From Clostridia bacterium (GTDB taxonomy: Bacteria > Bacillota > Clostridia > Saccharofermentanales > DTU023), in contig JAXGOR010000001.1 in assembly GCA_040767365.1 (NCBI GenBank), positions 158,298-222,297 on the forward strand: 64,000 nucleotides of DNA. Direction: 5' to 3'. The notes beneath the pieces were generated by a model. It ran no database searches. It saw only the letters and a program-made list of their open reading frames with translations, and was not told the DNA's origin. Shown here in pieces: positions 12,101 to 22,386 of the stretch (its first letter is position 1; every line of letters begins with the position of its first letter). The position numbers and the translations under genes were made by a program.

Positions 12101-14751
12101 TCAGGGCTTCCCCTTGAGCTTTTTCAGCTGCTCGCCCACCTTGGCCCGCTGTGATTCGTACTCTTCCTTTTTCATCTTCTGCTCCTCGACAACCCGGGGG
12201 GGCGCCTTTTGCAGAAACTGCTGGTTGCCCAGCATGGCTTCCGCCCGCGCGATCTCCCGGTCCAGCGCCTCACTCTCCTTCAAGAGACGGGCCCTTTCCT
12301 GTTCAAAGTCGACCAGCTCGGCCAGGGGGACCGCGATCTCCCCTCCTGTGAAGACCATGACCAGGTCATCCGGGGGCAGGGGGCTGTCGGTGGCCAGTCT
12401 CTCGATTTTCGAAATACCGGCCAGGCGGGCCAGGGTAGGGCCTGCCGCGGCCATACCGGCCGCCAGTCTTTCGTCCTCCGTCCTTAACTTGGCGGAAAAT
12501 CGCCTGTGCGGGTCGATCTTGTATTCAGCCCGGATGTTCCGGACCGACCGGATCGCGTCGATCATATGCCGCATGACCCTTTCCGCTTCCCGGTCGCGGC
12601 TGTAGGAGGCCTGATCCGGCCAGGCGGCGGTGATCAGCATTTCCCCCTCCCGCAGGATCCCATGGATGCGTTCGGTCACAAAGGGCATGAAGGGATGGAG
12701 GAGGGCCATGGTGTCGGAGAAGACCTCCAGGAGGACGGACCGGGCCGCCTGGGCCGTCGCCCCCCCTTCCTGCAATCTCTCCTTGACCATTTCGATGTAC
12801 CAGTCGCAGAAGGAGTCCCAGAGGAAGGCATAGATCTTCTCCTGGGCCAGGCCCAGCTCCAGCTCCTCCAGGTGGCCGGTGACCTCCCGGATGGTCTCCT
12901 TCAATTCCGACCTGATCCAGCGGTCCTCGATCCGGTAGTCCTCCCCGCTGACCCCTGAAAAGTCCAGGCTGTCCCCCAGGTTCATGAGGATGAAGCGGAA
13001 GGCGTTCCAGATCTTGTTGATGAAATTCCGGCCATTCTCGAACTTGTCCTCCCGCCAGCGCTGGTCATTGCCCGGCGCATTGCCGTTGATTAGGGTGAAG
13101 CGCAGGGCGTCCGCGCCATACAGATCGATCATCTCGAGGGGGTTGACCCCGTTGCCCAGGGATTTCGACATCTTCCGCCCCAGTTCATCCCGGACCAGGC
13201 CGTGGATCAGGACAGTGTGGAAGGGAGGGCTCCCCGTCTGGTGGAGGGCGGAGAAAATCATACGGGCGACCCAGAAAAAGATGATGTCATAGCCTGTGAC
13301 CAGGATCTGGGTCGGATAGAAGGTCCGGTAGTCGTCCGTATCATCCGGCCAGCCCAGGGTGGAAAAGGGCCAGAGGGCCGAGGAGAACCAGGTATCGAGG
13401 GTATCCTCCTCCTGGCGCAGCCTGGTCTGGCCGCAGGCAGGGCAGCGGTCGGGCGCGCGCTCGGCCACGATCATCTCCTGGCAGTCATCACAGTACCAGG
13501 CCGGTATCCGATGCCCCCACCAGAGTTGCCGTGAGATACACCAGTCCCGGATATTCTCCATCCAGTTGAAGTAGGTCTTCTTGAAACGATCCGGGATGAA
13601 GCGGTATCGCCCCGGCGGACCGCCTCTATGGCCGGCTGGGCCAGGGGTTCCATACGGACGAACCATTGGAGGGAGAGTTTGGGCTCAACGACGGAATGGC
13701 AGCGTTGGCAGGTGCCGATATTATGGCGCCTGGCCTCCGTTCTGATCAGGAGCCCCTCCTTTTCCAGGTCCCTGAGCACAGCGGCCCTGGCCTCCTCCAC
13801 GGTCAGGCCGGCATAGGGGCCGCACTCATCCGACAGGCGGCCGTCCGGGGTCAGGATATCGATCAGGGGCAGTTGATGGCGGAGGCCGATCTCATAGTCA
13901 TTGGGGTCATGGGCCGGCGTGATCTTCACAAAACCCGTCCCGAATTCCGGATCAACATAGCTGTCCGTGATCAGGGGGATGATCCGGTCCGTCAAGGGGA
14001 GGCGGAGGGAACGCCCCACCAGCGCCTTGTGCCTTGCATCCTCCGGGTGAACGGCCACCGCCGTATCGGCCAGCATGGTCTCCGGCCTGGTGGTCGCGAT
14101 CTCGACCCCGCCCGGGCCGTCGGCAAAGGGATAGCGGATGGTGTAGAAGTTGCCCTCCCTCTCCTCATGCTCGACCTCGATGTCCGAGATTGAGGTCCCG
14201 CAGGTGGGACACCAGTTGATCATGCGTTTGCCCCGGTAGATGAGGCCTTCCTTGTAGAGGTTGACAAAGACCCTGACGACTGCCCGGGTCAGCCCCTCAT
14301 CCATGGTGAAGCGGTGGCGCTGCCAGTCACAGGAGAGGCCCAGGCGTTGCTGCTGGCCGATGATCCGCTCGTTGTACTCATCCTTCCAGCTCCAGGCCCG
14401 TTCCAGGAAACCCTGACGGCCAACCGACTCCTTGGAGAGGCCTTCCTCCCGCATACGCTGGACAACCACAGCCTCCGTCGCGATGGAGGCATGGTCCGTC
14501 CCCGGCAAAAAGAGGGCATTCTTCCCCCGCATGCGCTGGAAGCGGATGATGACATCGGGCAGGGTATTGTCCAGGGCATGCCCCATGTGGAGCTCCCCGG
14601 TCACATTGGGAGGGGGCATGACGATACAGAAGGACTCCTTGCCGGAAGGGGCTTCCGCATGGAAGGCTCCCGACGAAAGCCAGGCTTGATAGAGGGCGGC
14701 CTCCTCCTTGGCCGGATCAAAGGTTCTCGCTATCTGGTCGATTGTCTTCAT
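12101..14751 (-). CDS. valS: Valine--tRNA ligase, split by a 1-nt frameshift near 13604
   Basis: [13 protein letters not shown] (HIGH-like) in ORF 13471-14751; [12 protein letters not shown] and KMSKS in ORF 12101-13666. Adding one C restores AVRRGDTRFIPDRF. Confidence 0.95.
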
Positions 14752-14772
14752 ATCGTAAAAATTCCTCCTTCT

Positions 14773-17025
14773 TCACTCTGTCTCCGGTTGATAATTGAAG
14801 TTGACCCGGATGAAGACCAGGCTCCCCTTCGCCCCCGGATCGGTAATCCGGAAGGCCAGGCGGGTAATCCGGCTGGTATCATTGGCCAACTCACCCTCCC
14901 CCCAGACCAGGGACTGCTGCCTGAAGGCGTCCTCTATCCTGCGCGGCCGTGACTCAAAGACGACCCCGTTGGCGTCCTCAAGGAGGAGCTGGATGGTCTT
15001 CTCCTCATGGTCGGGAGTGAGCCGGGTCAGCTCGATCTCCCGGTAGGGCGTCAGGTCGAGCGGCGGGTAGGCGGACGCGTCCGCGACCGCGGCGTCGATT
15101 TCAATCGGGCGTTCGTCGGCATTCCCGTAGGTAAGCAGGATATCCGCCTTGCTGTAGCCCTGTACCTCATCCGTCAACCGCAGCTCCCCCCTGCCCCGGC
15201 TGATCCTCCAGAGGGGGTTCTCCCCCGGCCAGTCCTTCTTCTTGGTCCGGGGCGTGTCACGGGTGAAGGGCTCCCGCCAGCTGAAGTGACTGAGTTTGTC
15301 ACAATCGGCCCAGGGCATGGGCACCAGGTAGGTCGAGGGCTCAAGGTCCACACGGAAGGGCAGGACCGGGATCCCATCAGCGCCCTGGAGATTGGCGTCA
15401 CCATTGAAGGCGGCGAAGGCATAGCTGATGGATACGGGGTCCTGGATATGATCGTGCCAGACCAGGACCCTGACCCCGTAGAGGATCCGGGCCTCGGCCC
15501 TGACGAAGACGCGGCTGCTGTCGCAGATGGCAAAACCCTTCAGCTCAGTAGCACCCTGCCGCAACTGCAGGCCATGCCCCCGGCTGGCCTGGGGCGACAG
15601 ATCGATCATCCACTTGTTGCCGATCCTTTCCATGGAAACAGGCTGGGGCGCGCCGTCAGGCAGGTCCCCACCGGCGACCAGGCCGCGGGCAACCACGGCC
15701 ATCCTCCTGCCTATCTCCCGTTTGGCATAGGGGGTCAGGGCCGCGCAATAATAATCGTGGAGGGCAAAGGCGGGTGACAGGTCATAGACGGTGACAAGCC
15801 CGGCCTTGACCGGCAGGATATGGCAGGCATGGGCCAGCATTTCATTGAAGACCGCGAGCCCGAAGGCATTGAGCCCCTTGTAGAGGTAGGGCGGAAGCTG
15901 TGCCAGGACCAGGACCAGCTCCTCACCCGCGGGCTCAAAAAGCTCCTTCAGGGTATCGATCAGGTGGCGGAGGGCACGGAGGTAATACTCCGGGCTGTCC
16001 ACATCGCTCTCTCCCTGCATCCAGAGCAGGCCCCTCAGGGACAGGCCCACAAAGGGGGCGAGCTTGTGGTTGAAGAGGGCGGCCGGCTGGTTGCGCGGCG
16101 TAAACTCCCGTTCAAGGGGGACGATGTCCTGGATGACATTGGCCTTGCGGACCACCGCCCGGGGCACGATCAGGGGAAGGGCTGAGGGCCGGTCAGGCCT
16201 TCTTCCGTCCAGGAGGGCAACCGTCTGCGGCCTGGGGAAGGCCCGATTGGGGCCCGTCGTTTCCGGACGTTCCTCCGGGATCTGGTCGACCGCCTCCAGG
16301 TTCCAGCCAGCCTTGTCCCGGTAGAGCTTGACCTCCCGGACATGGTTTTTGGTGATGGGGTCCGACTCGATCAGGTCCCTTGGGAGCCAGGCATGGATAT
16401 AGGTACCGGGGCAGGAGGCGTTGATGACGCCGACCGGGATGTCCCATCCATAATGGAGGTCCCGGGCGAAGGTGAAGGCAATTGCCGACATCTCACCCAT
16501 CTGGTAGGCCTGGTCCCCCCGCTGCCACTCCCCCCCCTGCGCTTCACCGAGGGGGGTGTAGCTGTACTCGGGGACCTGTTCGGAAAGGCCGTCCTGGTTC
16601 ATCTGGAAAAAGCGGATGGAAGCCAGGTTGACACAGTCGGACAGGAGCTCCTTCGCGTCCGACTGGTTGACGGTCTGGGCCATATTGTCCTGCCCGGCGG
16701 CGAACCAGACCTCCCCGGCCAGGATGTCGTCGACCACCAGGACCTCGGGGCCGGAACGGACCGTCAGGCGGTAGGTATCGTAGGAGGCCAGCAGGGCCGG
16801 CAACCTGAACTCAAAGTAGCCGTCACGGCCGGTCAGGTCCTCTTCGGAGTAGATCAGGCCATACTCGATATCACTGTCGGCCTGCCGTCCGAGTTCCGCA
16901 GGGAAGCGCTCCAGCTGAACGGAGACCGGCATGTCGGCTTTCGTGAAGCCGAAAAGCCTGGTCGCCACCTTCTGCTGAAGGACCATACCATGGCCGAACA
17001 CAGCCGCCAGCCGCAGAACAGACAT
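14773..17025 (-). CDS. Sialate O-acetylesterase (SASA/SGNH)-like protein with altered catalytic motifs and a C-terminal putative carbohydrate-binding domain
   Basis: FGHGMVLQ, GEVWFAAGQDNM, SAIAFTFAR, IPVGVI, RGLLWMQGESD, KREIGRRMA, SISYAF, PVLPFR follow the family pattern. Confidence 0.8.
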   Translation of the reverse strand: MSVLRLAAVFGHGMVLQQKVATRLFGFTKADMPVSVQLERFPAELGRQADSDIEYGLIYSEEDLTGRDGYFEFRLPALLASYDTYRLTVRSGPEVLVVDDILAGEVWFAAGQDNMAQTVNQSDAKELLSDCVNLASIRFFQMNQDGLSEQVPEYSYTPLGEAQGGEWQRGDQAYQMGEMSAIAFTFARDLHYGWDIPVGVINASCPGTYIHAWLPRDLIESDPITKNHVREVKLYRDKAGWNLEAVDQIPEERPETTGPNRAFPRPQTVALLDGRRPDRPSALPLIVPRAVVRKANVIQDIVPLEREFTPRNQPAALFNHKLAPFVGLSLRGLLWMQGESDVDSPEYYLRALRHLIDTLKELFEPAGEELVLVLAQLPPYLYKGLNAFGLAVFNEMLAHACHILPVKAGLVTVYDLSPAFALHDYYCAALTPYAKREIGRRMAVVARGLVAGGDLPDGAPQPVSMERIGNKWMIDLSPQASRGHGLQLRQGATELKGFAICDSSRVFVRAEARILYGVRVLVWHDHIQDPVSISYAFAAFNGDANLQGADGIPVLPFRVDLEPSTYLVPMPWADCDKLSHFSWREPFTRDTPRTKKKDWPGENPLWRISRGRGELRLTDEVQGYSKADILLTYGNADERPIEIDAAVADASAYPPLDLTPYREIELTRLTPDHEEKTIQLLLEDANGVVFESRPRRIEDAFRQQSLVWGEGELANDTSRITRLAFRITDPGAKGSLVFIRVNFNYQPETE

Positions 17026-17061
17026 CCGTCAGTTACCCCTTCCCTTCCGATAAAGCGCCAT

Positions 17062-17751
17062 TCAGACAATTATACCCTTATCCGGCCTGACCGGGTCAAG
17101 GAAGACGGCCAACCTGACCAGGCGGCTGCCGAGCGCCGTCTCCCGGTCAAGTCCCCCGTATTTAACCAGGGCATCAAGGAGCAGGTCCAGTCTCAGGTGG
17201 TCCCTGCTGCCGGCGCCACCTGTAAAGACCACCCTGTCCTCCTCCAGGCTGTCCAGGGAGAGGAGGCGGGGGGCCAGATCGATGACACGGCGTTTCTTCC
17301 TGTGGAGCCGCTCCACCTCAACCGGCCCTCCCGATTCAAAGACAGACCGGAAGGCCGGACCGGCCCCCGGGGCTTCCAGCAGGTACTGGGCCGCCTTCAC
17401 CCGGGCCATGAGGCTTTTCCCGCCCCCTTCCTCCTCCTGGGCCCCGACCAGAAGGACTCCGGCCGGGAGGGCCCGGTTCAGATCCTCCACAGCCCCCTCC
17501 AGCCTGAAGCCTCCCTCCGGATCAAGCAGGGTCATCTCCAGGGGATCCCGCCGGGTTTCAATCCCCAGGCCGACAGGCAGGGCGAAGACGATCCCCGGCC
17601 GGGGATTGAAGGCGTCCTCGGTCCAGGAAAGTGGCCAGCCGGCCCGGCTCAGGGCCCGCTCGAACAAACGCATCATGTCGAGATGGGCCAGCCAGGCAGC
17701 CGGCCCCCTCCGCTCGTAATAGGCCAGGATCCGACGCTTCCCTTCCTTCAT
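17062..17751 (-). CDS. TIGR03936 family radical SAM-associated protein
   Basis: WLAHLDMMRLFERALSRAG...FNPRPGIVFALPVGLG; ATGA overlap with the upstream radical SAM gene. Confidence 0.85.
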   Translation of the reverse strand: MKEGKRRILAYYERRGPAAWLAHLDMMRLFERALSRAGWPLSWTEDAFNPRPGIVFALPVGLGIETRRDPLEMTLLDPEGGFRLEGAVEDLNRALPAGVLLVGAQEEEGGGKSLMARVKAAQYLLEAPGAGPAFRSVFESGGPVEVERLHRKKRRVIDLAPRLLSLDSLEEDRVVFTGGAGSRDHLRLDLLLDALVKYGGLDRETALGSRLVRLAVFLDPVRPDKGIIV

Positions 17752-19625
17752 GCCCCCTGACCTCCCGGGCAGACGCCTGTCCTGTATACCTGGCAGCCGC
17801 AGGCCGAACATAAGTCATAGCAGGAGCCCGTCCTTTCCCCTGCCTTTGATTTTTCCCATTCCCGGAGGAGGAAGTCCTGGGTGACGCCGACCTGGAGGTG
17901 GTCCCAGGGGAAGCGCTCCGATTCAGGCCTCCCGTCCGTATAGAAGGAGGCCCCGCCCTCGATCAGCTCCAGCGCCTCCTGCCAGAGTTCAGGCTGGAAA
18001 TGCTCGTGCCAGGCATCCAGGTAGGCGCCGGACCGCCAGGCCTGCTCGATGACAGGCGCCAGCCGCCTGTCCCCCCGGGAGAGGACTCCCTCCAGGAGGG
18101 AGCTCTCGAAGCCGTGCCAGCGGAAGCTCACCCGCCGGTCCCTCAGGCCGGCCGCCAGCCTTTGCTGTTTTTCCCGCATCTCCTCAAGCGAGATCTGGCG
18201 GGCCCACTGGAAGGGCGTGAAGGGCTTGGGGATGAAAAAAGAAGTGCTGACGGTGACCTGAAGCCGTCTTGACCGTTCCTCCCGGGGCAGGTCGTCCCAG
18301 ACAGCGACCAGTTTTCCGACCAGCTCAATGATGCCGTCCACATCCTGGTCCGTCTCCGTCGGCAACCCCAGCATGAAGTAGAGTTTCAGCCGGTCCCAAC
18401 CGTTTTGGAAGGCGGTCCGGGCCGCGCCCAGCATATCCTCCTCCGTAAGATTCTTGTTGATGACATCCCTCAGGCGCTGGGTGCCCGCTTCCGGGGCGAA
18501 GGTCAGGCCTGCCCGCCTGGTCTTCGCGATCTGTTTGGCAAGCTCAAAGTCAAAGGCGTCCAGGCGAAGTGAGGGCAGGGACAGATTGATGTGCCTGGGT
18601 TCCGTCAGGGGCAGGAGCTCGCGGACCAGGGACTCGATCTCCGAATGATCCGTCGTGGACAGGGAGAGCAGGCCCATCTCCTCATAGCCCGTATTTTCTA
18701 TCAGCCGCTCCGCCGCGTCCAGCAGGACCTCCTTGCTGCGTTCGCGGAGGGGCCGGTAGGTGAAACCCGCCTGGCAAAAACGGCAGCCCCGGGCACAGCC
18801 GCGGAGGACCTCCATGACCATGCGGTCGTGTACGACCTCCAGGTTGGGAACAATCGGCCTGTCCGGCAGGGCCGCCTTGTCAAGATCCCGGACCAGCCGC
18901 TTGACTATCCCTTCGGGCGCTTCCGGGACCAGGGGGACCAGGCCCGCCAGCCTGCCATCCGCCAGATACTCCGCCTGATAGAAGGAGGGGATATAGACCC
19001 CGGGCAGGGCCGCCAGGGCAAGGAGGGTCTCCCGCCGGGTCAGGCCCTCCCGCTTCTTTTGCTTGACCACCTGGACCATTTCGGGCAGGGCCTCCTCCCC
19101 GTCACCCAGCAAAATGCCATCGAGGAAGGGGGCGACGGGCTCCAGGTTGCAGGCGATGGGGCCACCGGCTATGACCAGGGGATCCCCCTCCCCCCTTTCG
19201 GCGGACTTGAGCGGTATCCCGCCCAACTGGAGCATGTCCAGCAGGGTGGTGTAGGCCAGCTCGTAATGGAGGGAGAAACCTACCAGGTCGAATTGCTTGA
19301 GGGGGGTGCCTGTCTCCAGCGAGGTCAGGGGCAACTGCCTGGCCTTCAATTGCTCCCGCATATCCGTATCAGGCGCGAAGCAACGTTCACAGAAGTCGGC
19401 CTCCTCCTGGTTCAGGATCGCGTAGAGGATCTGGATGGCCAGATTGGACATGCCGATCTCATAGAGGTCGGGAAAGCAGAGGGCTATATGAAGGCCCTGG
19501 CCGACCGGCTGACTGAAAAAATGGTCCCCCTTGTCGGCCGCGTTCAACTCACCCCCCGTATAACGGGCCGGTTTCTTTACCTGGCGCAGGAGGGCACGGT
19601 AAGAGGCTTGATCAAAGCGGTCCAT
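17748..19625 (-). CDS. TIGR03960 family B12-binding radical SAM protein
   Basis: KPARYTGGELN, FPDLYEIGMSNL, CARGCRFC (CxxxCxxC), TFAPEAG, KLYFMLGLPTET. Confidence 0.92.
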   Translation of the reverse strand: MDRFDQASYRALLRQVKKPARYTGGELNAADKGDHFFSQPVGQGLHIALCFPDLYEIGMSNLAIQILYAILNQEEADFCERCFAPDTDMREQLKARQLPLTSLETGTPLKQFDLVGFSLHYELAYTTLLDMLQLGGIPLKSAERGEGDPLVIAGGPIACNLEPVAPFLDGILLGDGEEALPEMVQVVKQKKREGLTRRETLLALAALPGVYIPSFYQAEYLADGRLAGLVPLVPEAPEGIVKRLVRDLDKAALPDRPIVPNLEVVHDRMVMEVLRGCARGCRFCQAGFTYRPLRERSKEVLLDAAERLIENTGYEEMGLLSLSTTDHSEIESLVRELLPLTEPRHINLSLPSLRLDAFDFELAKQIAKTRRAGLTFAPEAGTQRLRDVINKNLTEEDMLGAARTAFQNGWDRLKLYFMLGLPTETDQDVDGIIELVGKLVAVWDDLPREERSRRLQVTVSTSFFIPKPFTPFQWARQISLEEMREKQQRLAAGLRDRRVSFRWHGFESSLLEGVLSRGDRRLAPVIEQAWRSGAYLDAWHEHFQPELWQEALELIEGGASFYTDGRPESERFPWDHLQVGVTQDFLLREWEKSKAGERTGSCYDLCSACGCQVYRTGVCPGGQGA

Positions 19626-19642
19626 GGGGGATCGTCAACTGC

Positions 19643-20980
19643 CTAGCCTTCCAGGCCGGCCCGGAGGGACTCAAAGCCTGGCTTGCCCAGCAGGGCGAAC
19701 ATGTTCCGCTTGTAGGCTTCCACACCGGGCTGGTCAAAGGGGTTGACCCCGTTCATGAGGGCGGAAAGCGCGCAGGCGCGCTCAAAGAAATAGATCAGAT
19801 GCCCGATCGCCTTCGCCGTCCGCTCCTGGAGGAGGAGCTCCAGGATAGGAACGCCTCCGGCCGCGTGGGCCAACAAGGTAGCCTGGGAAGCCCTCTCGTT
19901 GACATAGGTCATGGTCTTGCCGGCCAGATAGCCCAGCTGGTCCCAGTCGGTTTCCTGGTCGGGGATGACCAGGTCCTGCCGGGTTTTTTCGTAGCGGACC
20001 AGGGTCTCAAAGAAGACCCGTGGGCCCTCCTGGATCATTTGGCCGAGTGAATGCAAATCGGTGGTGAAGTCCGCGCTGTAGGGGATGATCCCCCGGCCAT
20101 CCTTCCCCTCGCTTTCGCCGAAGAGCTGCTTCCACCATTCGGAGAAGGACCGCATGAAGGGCTCATAGGAGACCAGGATCTCAAGGGGGAAGCCCTTCCG
20201 GTTGAGCAGGGTCCTGGCGACCGCGTAGCGGTCGGCGGGTGACCAGCCCCCGGACAGGGGGGCCAGGCTTCTCACCCGTTCATCCCCCGCCCCGGCCAGG
20301 AGTTGGCCGATATCGATTCCGGCGACGGCGATCGGGAGGAGGCCGACCGCTGTCAGGACGGAGAAGCGGCCGCCGACATGATCCGGGATGTCGAAGGCGG
20401 GCAGGTCCAGCCGCCTGGCCAACTCCCTCAGGGCCCCCTTCCCAGGATCCGTCGTGACCGTGACATAGTCAGCCAGCTGCCCGTCGGGGACTGACCCCAG
20501 GAGATGCTGGCGCAGGATCCGGAAGGCCAGGGCGGGCTCTGTGGTCGTACCGGATTTCGAGATGACATTGAGGGCCACCCGCTTCCCCCGGGTTACCTGG
20601 ACCAGGTCCCGCATGTAGTCGGCGCTGATCTGGTGACCGGCAAAGAGAATAAGCGGCGCCTCCCTCTCCCCTTCCGGCAGGAGGGCGGCGAACTGGTGGG
20701 TCAGGGCCTCAATCACGGCCCGGGCGCCCAGGTAGCTGCCACCGATGCCGACAAGGATCAGGACATCAAAATTTTCCCGTATCCGGTCAGCGGCCCCTTG
20801 GATGGCCTCCCTCTTCCCCTGGTCCATGGTCAGGGGCAGATCGATCCAGCCTGTGTAGTCCGCGCCGGGACAGGTCCCCTCGTCGAGCTGGTCCCTGGCC
20901 GTCTGGAGCTGGGGCTCCATCCTCTTCCATTCGTCCGCTGAGATGAAGGCTTCCGCAAAATGGTCTTTGAATGTCAACAT
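19643..20980 (-). CDS. pgi: Glucose-6-phosphate isomerase
   Basis: GIGGSYLG, SKSGTTTEP, VGGRFSVL, QLFGESEGK, NPFDQPGVEAYK. Confidence 0.97.
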   Translation of the reverse strand: MLTFKDHFAEAFISADEWKRMEPQLQTARDQLDEGTCPGADYTGWIDLPLTMDQGKREAIQGAADRIRENFDVLILVGIGGSYLGARAVIEALTHQFAALLPEGEREAPLILFAGHQISADYMRDLVQVTRGKRVALNVISKSGTTTEPALAFRILRQHLLGSVPDGQLADYVTVTTDPGKGALRELARRLDLPAFDIPDHVGGRFSVLTAVGLLPIAVAGIDIGQLLAGAGDERVRSLAPLSGGWSPADRYAVARTLLNRKGFPLEILVSYEPFMRSFSEWWKQLFGESEGKDGRGIIPYSADFTTDLHSLGQMIQEGPRVFFETLVRYEKTRQDLVIPDQETDWDQLGYLAGKTMTYVNERASQATLLAHAAGGVPILELLLQERTAKAIGHLIYFFERACALSALMNGVNPFDQPGVEAYKRNMFALLGKPGFESLRAGLEG

Positions 20981-21007
20981 AATCTTCTATCCTTACACTG
21001 GGAATGC

Positions 21008-21379
21008 TTAAAGAGGACGGACCAGGTAGCCGCTGTCGTCACCGCCCGTGACCCGGACAACCCGGCCCCGGGAGATGAGCTGGTCGGCCACGGCCGGATA
21101 ACTTGCGGGTCCCGGGTCGTTTGTATCCGTCTTGGAGGCCCGTTCCACCTCCTCCTCGGTGGAGCCCAGCGGACGGATCTCGCCCGGCCGGCCGGCCCGC
21201 AGGTCGGAGACCACCATGGCCCTTTTCCCCACCAGGCTACCGACATGCGCCTGCATGGAGGCCTCCACCTTCTTCTCCAGGTAGCGGCGGGTCAGGGCGA
21301 CACCGGCGGCCAGCGCCATGAGCGAGGCGATCAGGTAAAAGAGCGTGGTCATGAGCTTTCCGGCTTCCAGGGGGGTCAT
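21008..21379 (-). CDS. NfeD-like C-terminal (OB-fold) membrane protein
   Basis: N-terminal TM, SLVGKRAMVV..L....PGEI, I..G..VRV..G....L.VRP. Confidence 0.6.
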   Translation of the reverse strand: MTPLEAGKLMTTLFYLIASLMALAAGVALTRRYLEKKVEASMQAHVGSLVGKRAMVVSDLRAGRPGEIRPLGSTEEEVERASKTDTNDPGPASYPAVADQLISRGRVVRVTGGDDSGYLVRPL

Positions 21380-21390
21380 AGGCTCTCCTT

Positions 21391-22386
21391 TCAGGCCATG
21401 CGGACGTATCCCAATTCCTCCATCCGGATCAGGCCCAGCCCGGCGGCGTCGTCACGCAGCTTCTTATAGGCTTCCGCCCAGGTCATCCTGTAGTAGGGGG
21501 CCAGGAGGGTCAGGGCGACCCAGGAGAAACAGATGCACATGAGACTGAGAAGAATCCAGCCCAGGAAGGACAGGTCCAGCATGAAAAGGGACCAGACCCT
21601 GCCCCGGGTCATGTCCTTTGAAAGCTTCAGGGCCTTCCTCGCGCCGTAGGCGGGGTTATCTGCCAGGATATAGGGGACCAGACGGTAACGGTATTGTTTC
21701 CTTATATAGATGAAGATGAAGAAAAGGAAGATCAGGACCGTCACCGCCAGGAGGCGGAGGTCGAAGAGAAAGGCGGGCAGGCCCGTCTGTTTCGAGAAAC
21801 GGTAGACCAGTCCCTGGGTCAGGGCCTGGCGCTGGGTCAGGGCATGAAAGAGGAGGAGCTGCTGGGGGATCAGGCCAATCCCCAGGACCAGGAAGGGGGG
21901 CAGTGACCAGAGGAAGAGCCATAAGGTCTTCCAGACCATACCCCCGACCGCCTTCCCGTATTCCCCTCTCTTGAAAAGGGAGAACATAAGGCTGATGGGA
22001 GGGGGCATATCCGTATGGGCGGCCCTCAAAAACCAGCGTTCCATGCCCACGGTGACCACATTGCCGACCAGGATCTTGTAGAGGGGGAGGCCCAGCAGGA
22101 TCAGGCCGGCAAGCAGGCCGATCAGCCAGACCTGCCGGCTCAGGACCTCCAGGTATTCGCCTATCTGGTCCAGGACCCTGTCCAGGTCGATCACCTCGCC
22201 GGTCAGGCCCGACATCCCGTCAAAAAAGGAATAGCGGACGGCGGGAAGGCCCAGGCTGGTCGTGGACGGCATGACAAGATTCAGGGCCCCGCCGATCAGC
22301 GAGGCCAGGACGGCAACAACGAGCGCGTCGCCGTACTTGCCCGACAGGTTGCGCCGGGCATTCAGTTTGAGCCAGAGTCTATTCAT
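21391..22386 (-). CDS. DUF975 family membrane protein
   Basis: LKLNARRNLSGKY, YRLVPYILADNP, ALKLSKDMTRG, LFMLDLSFLGW, PYY....A.AY. Confidence 0.85.
   Translation of the reverse strand: MNRLWLKLNARRNLSGKYGDALVVAVLASLIGGALNLVMPSTTSLGLPAVRYSFFDGMSGLTGEVIDLDRVLDQIGEYLEVLSRQVWLIGLLAGLILLGLPLYKILVGNVVTVGMERWFLRAAHTDMPPPISLMFSLFKRGEYGKAVGGMVWKTLWLFLWSLPPFLVLGIGLIPQQLLLFHALTQRQALTQGLVYRFSKQTGLPAFLFDLRLLAVTVLIFLFFIFIYIRKQYRYRLVPYILADNPAYGARKALKLSKDMTRGRVWSLFMLDLSFLGWILLSLMCICFSWVALTLLAPYYRMTWAEAYKKLRDDAAGLGLIRMEELGYVRMA

Noticed and set aside
13590-13620. Programmed ribosomal frameshift in valS (and likewise era)
   Set aside because: No slippery heptamer or stimulatory structure; same one-base-short pattern as in several other genes, so assembly error is more likely
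14752-14772. T-box leader for valS
   Set aside because: Only 21 nt separate valS from the upstream gene; no T-box sequence is present
21008-21379. NfeD-flotillin microdomain operon
   Set aside because: No SPFH/flotillin gene is adjacent and the NfeD similarity is only moderate
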